NCBI GenBank assembly: GCA_018645005.1 | Contig: JABGPJ010000110.1 | Location: forward strand, 9,620-73,619 | From: Deltaproteobacteria bacterium | Lineage (GTDB): Bacteria; SAR324; XYD2-FULL-50-16 | Reading direction: 5' to 3' | DNA: 64,000 nucleotides | Shown: positions 9,290 through 17,730 of the stretch, piece after piece | Layout: every line of letters begins with the position of its first letter | Numbering within the stretch: the first letter of the stretch is position 1 | The notes under the pieces: model-generated | The model's database searches: none | The model's input: only the letters and a program-made list of their open reading frames with translations | Told to the model about the DNA's origin: nothing | Program-made: the position numbers and the translations under genes

Positions 9290-11425
9290 ATGAAAAGCAA
9301 ACAATTTCGGCAATTAAAAAAAGCCACTTTTGGGGTGATGGCGCTTTGTCTGCTGTTTGTTTTAAATGCCTGTAACGACAACCGCTCTGATGACAAAGCA
9401 ACTGATTTCGGGACAGCTCTAGTCTCGATCTCCATAACGCCAGCCAGTCCGGTCCTGGCAGACCCGACGACTCAGCAACTCACTGCGACCGGGATCTATG
9501 GAGACGGAACCACTGCCAACATCACCGAATCTGTCAACTGGGTTTCCGAGTATCCAGCTATTGCGACCGTCAGCGATGAGCCGAGCAGCACCACCAACCC
9601 CAAAGGACAGGTCAAGACGGTGTTGACCGGTTCTACAACTATAACAGCCCGTTCCGCTAATATCAGCAGTTCAAACGTGTTGTCAGTGACATCGGCAGTC
9701 CTCCAGACCATTGAGGTCACTCCCGGCTATTCGTCTTTTGCTTCTGCCATCACACCCTGGGTTCAGATGAAGGCCACCGGTATTTACGCTGACGGAACCA
9801 TCATTGATATTACGGAATTCGCCACTTGGAGTTCTGGCACAACAAGCGTTGCCACGATCAATAATGTCAGTGGAGAACGAGGGCTGGCAACCAGTGTTAC
9901 AAACGGCACAACTACTATCACCGCTACATATCAAAATATTTCTGGCAGTACGGATCTGACTCTGACCACAGCAACACAATCTGGAAACATAGGGGTTACT
10001 CCCATTTCTCCCTACCTTGCTCAGGAAACCTATCAGCAGTTCACAGCCACCGTGAGGCTGAGTGATGGATCAGCTCAGGATATCACACAGTTTGTAATCT
10101 GGGCTTCAGCTACAGTTGCAAATGCAACTATCAGTAATGCTAAAGAAACCATGGGGCTGTCTCTGATGGACGCTTCCAACAATGGGGCAGCTGTGATTTC
10201 AGCTGATCTCAGCGCTGCTGCGGCCTTGGATTCCACTTTGACCATTACAAACAATTATTATCTTTACAAACTGGAAATCAATCCAGAGTTCCCCGGCATC
10301 GCACAGGGAATTCCATATCAACTGAAAGCTATCGGTATCTTCAAAAAAACCGGCGCCAACTATTACATCGCACAGGACCTGACTGAATGGGTCAGCTGGT
10401 CCTCTTCCGATACCAGCCTAGCAACGATCAGCAATGCAACGGGTTCCAAAGGGCTGCTTACACTGACCAAGGTTCCGGGGGTAGCAGATCGCACAGCGAC
10501 TATTACTGTCCGTTCACCTATTCTGTCGAGCCTGACCGGTACGACAACCCTGAAAGTGAAATCAAACAGCCTCAAGCTGACATCGATTGCTATTAGCCCA
10601 TCAGACCCGACCATCCACATTGATACGACGCCGACATTCAAGGCCTATGGGACCTTCAGTGATGGAACAAACTCGTTCATCCAGGATATCTCCCATGCCG
10701 TGATCTGGAGTTCTTCAGATTCGACCGTCACTGTTGTCAGTAATGAATCTTCCACTGTTGGAAAAACGGCCAATCGGGCGGGCGGATCGACAACCATCAC
10801 TGCTAGGTTGGGAGATATCAGTGGAACTTCGAGCGTCACAATCAAGCCGACGAGCCATGCCTGGACGGGTTTTACATTTGCTCCAGCAACAGCAGCCACA
10901 GGTATCAGGAGTGATGTGCAACTGACAGCCACAGCCACTTTTTCAAACGGCAGCGACTCTTTCACGCAGGATGTGACAGAAGAGATCCTCTGGACATCTG
11001 GTACTCCCGCCAGTGCCGATATCAGCAGCGCTGACGGGGCTAGGGGCCTTGTCACAGGAATTACAACTCCGGCAACAGTAACTATGACGGCTGACTGGCA
11101 ATCCAGTACCGATACAAAAGCAGTCATAACTGAGGATATTGCAAATTTGAATTCAATAGCGATTACAGCAGCCAGCGCGGCCGGATCAGATGGTACAACT
11201 CAGCTGACAACAACAGCAACTTACGTCAGCACCAATACGCAGGATGTGACAGAGTTATGTATTTGGAGCTCATCCAGACCTGAGGTGGCATCTGTCCTCA
11301 ATATTCCAGGCAGTAAAGGGAAAGTATTCAGTAACGGCAGTGGGTCAACGACCATTACATGCCGGATTACCGATGAGACAGCAACTAAAGATTTATCGGT
11401 TACACATGAATTCACTGTGAACTAG
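9290..11425 (+). CDS. Lig-like lipoprotein with 7 Big_2 repeats
   Basis: Lipobox VLNA-C; seven Big_2 repeats. Start is 9266 or 9290. Confidence 0.85.
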   Translation: MKSKQFRQLKKATFGVMALCLLFVLNACNDNRSDDKATDFGTALVSISITPASPVLADPTTQQLTATGIYGDGTTANITESVNWVSEYPAIATVSDEPSSTTNPKGQVKTVLTGSTTITARSANISSSNVLSVTSAVLQTIEVTPGYSSFASAITPWVQMKATGIYADGTIIDITEFATWSSGTTSVATINNVSGERGLATSVTNGTTTITATYQNISGSTDLTLTTATQSGNIGVTPISPYLAQETYQQFTATVRLSDGSAQDITQFVIWASATVANATISNAKETMGLSLMDASNNGAAVISADLSAAAALDSTLTITNNYYLYKLEINPEFPGIAQGIPYQLKAIGIFKKTGANYYIAQDLTEWVSWSSSDTSLATISNATGSKGLLTLTKVPGVADRTATITVRSPILSSLTGTTTLKVKSNSLKLTSIAISPSDPTIHIDTTPTFKAYGTFSDGTNSFIQDISHAVIWSSSDSTVTVVSNESSTVGKTANRAGGSTTITARLGDISGTSSVTIKPTSHAWTGFTFAPATAATGIRSDVQLTATATFSNGSDSFTQDVTEEILWTSGTPASADISSADGARGLVTGITTPATVTMTADWQSSTDTKAVITEDIANLNSIAITAASAAGSDGTTQLTTTATYVSTNTQDVTELCIWSSSRPEVASVLNIPGSKGKVFSNGSGSTTITCRITDETATKDLSVTHEFTVN

Positions 11426-11430
11426 AGAAA

Positions 11431-12459
11431 ATGAAAAAATCAACGATTAGAATAGGTTTAATAGTTTTACTGGTTGTTTTATCAGGCTACCAGTCAGCCT
11501 CAGCCAGAGAACTGTTTGGAAATGCACAGATTGAAAAAGGGACCCTGGCTATTGTCCGGAGCGGTGAAATACTGAGGGTTGATCCCCAGGAGCCGGCAGA
11601 GATTCGGAAGAACGATTTGCTGATCGCAGGCAGTGATTCCCTAGTGAACTGGCAAGTCGATCAGGGGACATCGTTGCAACTGGGTAGTAATGCTGTTTTG
11701 ATGCTGCTGGTCTGGAAAAGGGCTGGAAGCTCTGGATACCTTAGCCTGACATACGGTATCGCCAAAGTTCGGTTAAATGCCGGGGAAGGTTCCAGCGATT
11801 CGGTGGTTTTAAAAACGCCGTCCGGGATTATCCGCCTGACAGGCAATGCCTGGGTTCAGGTCACCTCATCTGGAAGTACAATGGTCAAGGCGTTGACCGG
11901 TCAAGCGACAATAAGTAACCTGCTGGGTGAAGCCCAATCGCTGGCAGGGAATCAATTGGCTCTGGTTGTCAACGGCGACTTGATCTTTCCGGATGCCGAA
12001 ACATCCGCAAAAATGCAGCAGCTTGTGAATCAGGACATGCTCGATATGCCAGGCTTCAGTGACCAGCAGGCATCGTTTTTGATAAATGAGGCGAAAATAG
12101 TAGCAACAGGCATACTGACAGATGATGCCGTTCAACAAAGCAGGGGGATCGATGTTTCCATCGAAGAATCGTTTGACGAACAGGCAGAAGGGTCTGGCAG
12201 CAATCAGAAAGATCCTCCGGCAAGATTTCCGGTAAGTGAAGATTTGGCTGCGGATCTTGAGCTACAGGAAGACCTGCCGTCTATGGATATCGATTCGGAA
12301 ACCGATGAGCTGGGCATTGTTCATGTTTTGGGGGAAAAGCCGGAGAACGTCTATTCCGAGTTTACCAAGCCGATAACGCCAGGAAATCACTTTGATCTGG
12401 ACGACAAAACCACCTGGTCTTTGGAGCCAGGATTGATTGCAGTGACGATTGAAAAATAA
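11431..12459 (+). CDS. Exported FecR-domain protein with acidic C-terminal tail
   Basis: Signal peptide. FecR-like pattern 'DLLIAGSDSLV...DQGTSLQLGSNAVL...LTYG...KTPSGII...G...V.ALTG.ATI'. Confidence 0.7.
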   Translation: MKKSTIRIGLIVLLVVLSGYQSASARELFGNAQIEKGTLAIVRSGEILRVDPQEPAEIRKNDLLIAGSDSLVNWQVDQGTSLQLGSNAVLMLLVWKRAGSSGYLSLTYGIAKVRLNAGEGSSDSVVLKTPSGIIRLTGNAWVQVTSSGSTMVKALTGQATISNLLGEAQSLAGNQLALVVNGDLIFPDAETSAKMQQLVNQDMLDMPGFSDQQASFLINEAKIVATGILTDDAVQQSRGIDVSIEESFDEQAEGSGSNQKDPPARFPVSEDLAADLELQEDLPSMDIDSETDELGIVHVLGEKPENVYSEFTKPITPGNHFDLDDKTTWSLEPGLIAVTIEK

Positions 12460-12661
12460 ACAGGGATGAATAAAGGGAATGATACAGCTTCCCTTGATTG
12501 AAAGAATGCTGAACGGCGCCCCAGGTGGAAATTTGACCGACCTGTCTGTGAGGCGTGCAAAGAGAGATAGGTATGGTTAATTTAGATATTATCCGGAGCT
12601 ATGATCCAATCCGGATATACTTTCAGTTTCTTCAAGAGCTGAGTTAATTCTGGAGGTAATC

Positions 12662-13951
12662 TTGAATTTTAGATTATTATTGTTTGTTCCTTTGCTGATT
12701 GTCCTGCTGCTGAACACCACATTCGGGCAGGAGGGAAATCAGGAGAAAGATTCAGCCCAAAACCAACCTCCCCGGATTTTATCTCCGGATCTGGTTCGAA
12801 AGCAGGAGATTCTGAATTCAGAACAGGTATTCAGCCTTGTTTTCATAGATAGCGATATGATTGTTAAGATCACTATTAATAATGTGGAACAGGTTTTTGA
12901 AGCGGCTAAAACAGTTGTCATTACACGAAATTTTGAGTTTGAACAGGGCAAGAGCCTGATCCAGGTTGTGGCTGTGGATGAAGCGGGCAACAGTTCGGAG
13001 CGCTCCTTTCTCATCGGTTATGGTGAAAAAGAGCTGAAATATATTTCCGATGCCACCGATGATACTGACTCGGGCTTCAATTGGAAGGCAGATGTCAAAG
13101 TCGGATTTGAATTGGACAGCAATCCCACCAACGATATGAGTTCGGCAGTGAAACCGCTTTATGGAGTTGTGCCGGAAAACAACCAGGCTGATTCACGGTG
13201 GGTCCTGGATGGGATCGTTAGTGCAAATTATGGGCCCTACAGTGCAGTGGGCGGTGCCAGTGCGATCCGTTACGCCAAGGGAGAAAACGATTTTCTGAAT
13301 TCGTTGCTCATGTTTGGGGGGATTGGATATAAGAGTTATCTCTCACATGGAAGAACGTGGATGCTGGATGCCATGCTGACAGATATCAACGTGGGTGGAT
13401 ATGATTATGCGTTAGTGCAGACGGTGTCTCCCGGGATTGAATTCCGTTCGAGGGGTATCAGGGGTGAATACCGTTCCCTGCTGCTGGGTGTTGATGTGAT
13501 CTTTAAGGATTTTGCCATCGTCAGCAGAACAGATGGATTGCAAGGGACACTAAAATATGATTTCCGGTCATTGGATGAAACCAAGCATCACCTGTTTCAC
13601 CATCTACTGGCTCTGGGAAACAGTTCAGAAGGAACCAAACAGTCAGAATATACTTTTTTGAAGTTGGATTTCGACTGGAAGAATATCTGGGATTTTGGAC
13701 TACGTTGGGATTTCAGCTTTGGCGTACAACACCGCACGTTTGCGAATGATACGGCACTTTCCAAGGATACCAAACTCATCTCACTGGGGACCAAACATAT
13801 TGAGATCCCCTTTCGACTTGAGACCGGAATCGGCTGGAAGTTCTCTGAAAGTTTGAAAGCCATGTTCAACACCAAATACGTATTCAATATGTCAAACGAT
13901 GTTTCTTACGAAAGATTGATCAATAGTTTAACAGTCAGCGCTGTATTTTAA
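12662..13951 (+). CDS. Outer-membrane beta-barrel protein with N-terminal Ig-like domain (Slam/BBP2-like)
   Basis: TTG start with SD ggaggt; signal peptide. Ig-like 'GKSLIQVVAVDEAGN'. Barrel begins 'FNWKADVKVGFELDSNP'; alternating beta pattern; terminal Phe. Confidence 0.6.
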   Translation: MNFRLLLFVPLLIVLLLNTTFGQEGNQEKDSAQNQPPRILSPDLVRKQEILNSEQVFSLVFIDSDMIVKITINNVEQVFEAAKTVVITRNFEFEQGKSLIQVVAVDEAGNSSERSFLIGYGEKELKYISDATDDTDSGFNWKADVKVGFELDSNPTNDMSSAVKPLYGVVPENNQADSRWVLDGIVSANYGPYSAVGGASAIRYAKGENDFLNSLLMFGGIGYKSYLSHGRTWMLDAMLTDINVGGYDYALVQTVSPGIEFRSRGIRGEYRSLLLGVDVIFKDFAIVSRTDGLQGTLKYDFRSLDETKHHLFHHLLALGNSSEGTKQSEYTFLKLDFDWKNIWDFGLRWDFSFGVQHRTFANDTALSKDTKLISLGTKHIEIPFRLETGIGWKFSESLKAMFNTKYVFNMSNDVSYERLINSLTVSAVF

Positions 13952-13974
13952 AAAAGAAAAGCCAAGAGACTATC

Positions 13975-14958
13975 ATGAAGGGAAAAATCTGCTGGTTATT
14001 GATGATTAAAACGTTGGGGTTCTGCGGCCTTCTTTTATTTATAGTAGCCGGGTGCAAAGATCTGAACGACAATCCACCTCCTGTCGCAGCGGATACGATG
14101 CGGATTGATGTCGCAGAAATTCAGAGACAGATAACGGTTGGTGCCGGAGGTAGTCAAGAAAACCAAAACGAAGATCGCCGTTTTGCTCTGACCAGTAGTG
14201 ATACAGATGTCAGCAGTGAAGCCAAAACGTTGCTGATCGGTGCAATTGTCGTCACCAGCCGTTCTACCCCTTATTCGAGCAGCACTTCCATTACGACAAG
14301 TATCCCGTCGTTTTTCGGGAACGACCTGACCGATTCCGGCGATTTTATTCAGCTAATTAATCTGCCGGTGTCGGAAACATATGTAGAGTTCAAAGTCCCA
14401 CCTCCTTCGGCGGGTAATTGGCAGGTTTTTGCGGTCGCTTTCAGCACGCAACCTGAACTGGTGAATGATTTATCTGCTGAGGAACATAAACGCTCAGCAA
14501 TCTATTTTGGAGTGAAAGAACAATTTTTTAAGGCAGAGGATATGGGAAACACGCCAGTTCCAGTCCGGATGCAAAGGGTTTGTCTGCAGGGGACCCCACC
14601 AAAAGGGTGTGCCAGTTTTGGAGCCTCTGTCACTGCTGCAGCGGTTGTGACTGCATCTGTTGATATCGTGGGAGTCCGGGCTAACGGAGCAGATTATACG
14701 CCCGACACGATCGATTTCCCCATCTTTGTTCGCACTGCTGGGGATGTCACAACGGCTATTGCCAGCCTCAAGACCATCAGGGATGAAATTAAAAAGAAAA
14801 AGACAATTACCAGCCTGACCCTACGTGCGACCCATTCTATGAACACGACAGAAAGCGCTGAATGTCAGGCTCTGTCCAATGTTACCAATGAAAATGAATA
14901 CACCAATACGCGACTGAGAACCCATTGCGAGGTTTCCGATTATCAGGTCACCTATTAA
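13975..14958 (+). CDS. Uncharacterised lipoprotein
   Basis: Lipobox IVAG-C; two Cys pairs; co-directional with short gaps. Confidence 0.7.
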   Translation: MKGKICWLLMIKTLGFCGLLLFIVAGCKDLNDNPPPVAADTMRIDVAEIQRQITVGAGGSQENQNEDRRFALTSSDTDVSSEAKTLLIGAIVVTSRSTPYSSSTSITTSIPSFFGNDLTDSGDFIQLINLPVSETYVEFKVPPPSAGNWQVFAVAFSTQPELVNDLSAEEHKRSAIYFGVKEQFFKAEDMGNTPVPVRMQRVCLQGTPPKGCASFGASVTAAAVVTASVDIVGVRANGADYTPDTIDFPIFVRTAGDVTTAIASLKTIRDEIKKKKTITSLTLRATHSMNTTESAECQALSNVTNENEYTNTRLRTHCEVSDYQVTY

Positions 14959-14975
14959 CGATTGTTGAGCAGAAT

Positions 14976-16097
14976 ATGACCAGAATAAAAAAGGTTTATG
15001 CCGTATTGAGAGCGCCGGTACTCCTAAAGTATTGTCTGATATTGCTGATCGTCTCCGGTCTGTTTTCTCAGGCGGCTTTCGGTGACGAGCCGGAACATCT
15101 GCGCCAGAGTGTGCGGGCCTTGGGTATGGGGGGCGCTTTCATTGCTGTGGCAAATGATGAGTTCGCGCTGTACTACAATCCTGCGGGTCTGCAGTCGGTG
15201 CAACAGACGATAGTGGAAATTGTTACAGCCGGTGCAACCACCAACCAGAATCTACTCGATCTGACAGAGGCCGAAACGGGCGATACAACCGCCACATTTG
15301 GTGATCTGGTCGGGAAAAATATCTATACAGAAATTAACCTGGGGGCTATGAGCATCACTGCTCCAGGTTGGGGATACTCCATATTTGGAAATCTGCTCTT
15401 CAATTCTGTCATCAACAATCCGTCTGTCCCCTTTTTCGACGTGAAGGCCTATGTTCAATATGGAATGGTGGGTGGATTTGGGATGAGTTATCTGGATGAG
15501 CTGCTGGACGTGGGAATGGCCATGAAATCGGTTACCCGGGCGGGTGTCACAAAAACCGTTCATGTGTATGATCTGCTGGGTGACGATTTCAATGATAGCC
15601 TTGAAGACGACTTTTCAGAGAAAGATTCGATCACTTACGATTTGGGGGTGATCTATCATTTTGATCAAATACCCAATCTGGAAACAAAGGTGGCCTACGT
15701 AGTACGGAATATTGGTGACATGGATTTCGCTAGTGCAGGGATGATCCCCATGACCATGGATATAGGAATATCGGCCGAAACAGAGATTGTCGGCTTGGAT
15801 TTTATTTTTGCAGTTGACTATGTAGATCTGCAGAATCGACTCACGAAGTATGAGAGTTATCTGCGGAATATTAAAGCAGGTGCTGAAGTTGGTGTTTTTA
15901 AACGATCCAATGGACATCATGCCCTCTCTCTCAGAATGGGTTTGAACGCCAGTTACTATCTGAGTACCGGATTTTCCATCAACATTCCCGGTCTCCCTAT
16001 AAAAATAGATTATGCAGCCTGGTCTGAAGAGATCGGATTTCTTGCAGGAAAAATTGAAGACAAACGACAATCGGTTCATGTCTCAATAAACTTTTAG
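14976..16097 (+). CDS. TraF_2/PorV/FadL-like outer-membrane beta-barrel
   Basis: Hallmark N-terminal motif 'SVRALGMGGAFIAVAND..ALYYNPAGL'; ends SVHVSINF. Start re-called to ATG 14976. Confidence 0.8.
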   Translation: MTRIKKVYAVLRAPVLLKYCLILLIVSGLFSQAAFGDEPEHLRQSVRALGMGGAFIAVANDEFALYYNPAGLQSVQQTIVEIVTAGATTNQNLLDLTEAETGDTTATFGDLVGKNIYTEINLGAMSITAPGWGYSIFGNLLFNSVINNPSVPFFDVKAYVQYGMVGGFGMSYLDELLDVGMAMKSVTRAGVTKTVHVYDLLGDDFNDSLEDDFSEKDSITYDLGVIYHFDQIPNLETKVAYVVRNIGDMDFASAGMIPMTMDIGISAETEIVGLDFIFAVDYVDLQNRLTKYESYLRNIKAGAEVGVFKRSNGHHALSLRMGLNASYYLSTGFSINIPGLPIKIDYAAWSEEIGFLAGKIEDKRQSVHVSINF

Positions 16098-16116
16098 AAC
16101 TGCCCACAGGAAAGGT

Positions 16117-17685
16117 ATGATGAATAGAGCGAAGACCTTTTTGCTTATTCTGGGAATTGCAGTCATCGGAGGATGTGCCAGCCACGGGAAGAACATCCAG
16201 TCCGCCTTTGGACGGGAAGATGTCAATACCGAAACGATGCGGACCAAAATGAAATGGCTGGAACCGGTCGTTGCAGAAGGTAAGACCCATGAACAGTTCC
16301 GCGTGGTCAAGTCTTTACGCTATGTTTCCAAATATAATCCTGATTTGGAAAAAAGAAAACTGGCAGTCCGCGGTTTGCTTTTTGTGTCTGTTTTCAGTGA
16401 CGACAGCGATGTCAGGTCCAGCGCCCAGTCCCGCCTGATTACCATTTTAAATGATCGAAACGAAGATCTGGCTCTGCGGTTTGAAGTGATTGATGGGAAA
16501 AAAGATATTGTCATCGGACAAACTTTTTATGAGAAAAATGACCCCTCTCTTTTTACGGACCAGGTTGAAAAAAAGCCTGTATATCCCGACGAGGATGATC
16601 GCGAAGCGGCGTTACTGTTTTTAATTGACCATTTTGAGGATCTGGAAATAGATCTGCAACAACATTTGGTGACTGCTTTCGGGCAGATAATGGTAAATCC
16701 ACAGATTTGTCTCGAACCATCGGAGGACGGCTGTGAGGAGTATGACGGTGAAGATCAGGATGAATGGAAAAAAACATTGGGAAGACAGATCAACTACTGG
16801 GTCATGAATCGCTGTGACTGGGATCGCGAGGTTATACCTCAGGAGACCAAAGATTCACTGCGAACGCTGATGACTGACAATCCAGATCTGATTTCGATGG
16901 ATCCTCCGGACTGCAGTCCGTACCATCCAGTTGCAGAAGATTTTTCAGTACTTAAAATGCGCTCTATCAAGATTCCCGCCAGTTATGTTCAGTTTGGTTT
17001 AGATCTGAGCGAGGCTTCATCAAAAGGTCTGCACGCATCCAGCCTGGAATTTGGTTTTGGAAACGGAAAAACCTTTGGGGTCATGTTTGGTGTGAACATT
17101 GATGAACAATGGATGGAACCCCTGCGAGAGAAATATTTTACTATCCAGTATCGGGTGAAGAACCATAAATCAGCCATCGGGGCGACGCGGGTAATCAGAA
17201 CGCCCGATTTCAGCTTGGTGGAGCAGAGAGACAATGATGTGGACGGTGCTATCGATGGTGAAAGTGCCTATACCTATTCCGTGGATGAAAACGAGGTCTA
17301 TTTCACCTCTGCCTTTGATATAGACCGTATATCGTCCCATCTCCATCTGTATCTGGGGTCTATTTCTCAAAAAATCGCGCTTCAGTATTTCTTCCGAAAA
17401 CCGGATATCTCTTTTATCCTGGAAGGATCAGCCCGGTCAAACATGAAAGTCAAAGACAGGGAGACCGATACAGTTGCCAATGAAGACAAGGCTGAAAGGG
17501 AATCCCTGGCATCAAAAACCAGAAGCGACATACTCCTCGGAGCGAAATGGAACAATATCAGTTTACTCAGAGGACTTTTTAGCGGTAGTAAAGGTCGTGC
17601 CGCCAGGCAGGGAATCTTCGACTTTAAACTGTATTATTCGGTACAAGGTGAAAAAACATATTTCGTTGTTACAAGCCCATTCTAA
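16117..17685 (+). CDS. Lipoprotein with helical (HEAT-like) N-terminal half and beta-barrel-like C-terminal half
   Basis: Lipobox IGG-C; 'DSDVRSSAQSRL' HEAT-like; beta-rich C-terminus ending in Phe. Confidence 0.55.
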   Translation: MMNRAKTFLLILGIAVIGGCASHGKNIQSAFGREDVNTETMRTKMKWLEPVVAEGKTHEQFRVVKSLRYVSKYNPDLEKRKLAVRGLLFVSVFSDDSDVRSSAQSRLITILNDRNEDLALRFEVIDGKKDIVIGQTFYEKNDPSLFTDQVEKKPVYPDEDDREAALLFLIDHFEDLEIDLQQHLVTAFGQIMVNPQICLEPSEDGCEEYDGEDQDEWKKTLGRQINYWVMNRCDWDREVIPQETKDSLRTLMTDNPDLISMDPPDCSPYHPVAEDFSVLKMRSIKIPASYVQFGLDLSEASSKGLHASSLEFGFGNGKTFGVMFGVNIDEQWMEPLREKYFTIQYRVKNHKSAIGATRVIRTPDFSLVEQRDNDVDGAIDGESAYTYSVDENEVYFTSAFDIDRISSHLHLYLGSISQKIALQYFFRKPDISFILEGSARSNMKVKDRETDTVANEDKAERESLASKTRSDILLGAKWNNISLLRGLFSGSKGRAARQGIFDFKLYYSVQGEKTYFVVTSPF

Positions 17686-17730
17686 AAGCCGAACAGGTGT
17701 TATGAAACATAAAATCGACAAAGGGTTAAA

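Noticed and set aside
3723-11415. Many antisense ORFs (V/A/P/L-rich) over the Big_2 genes
   Set aside because: Shadow frames caused by Thr/Ser/Ala/Val codon bias; no SD or motifs.
3706-11425. Possible DGR target, phase-variation cassette or DNA repeat array in the Big_2 genes
   Set aside because: The repeats are protein-level and diverged in DNA; no reverse transcriptase, template repeat, recombinase or invertible ends were seen.
14976-16097. 'TraF' similarity as evidence of a conjugative element
   Set aside because: No relaxase, T4SS ATPase, integrase or att site; this barrel family is common outside conjugation.
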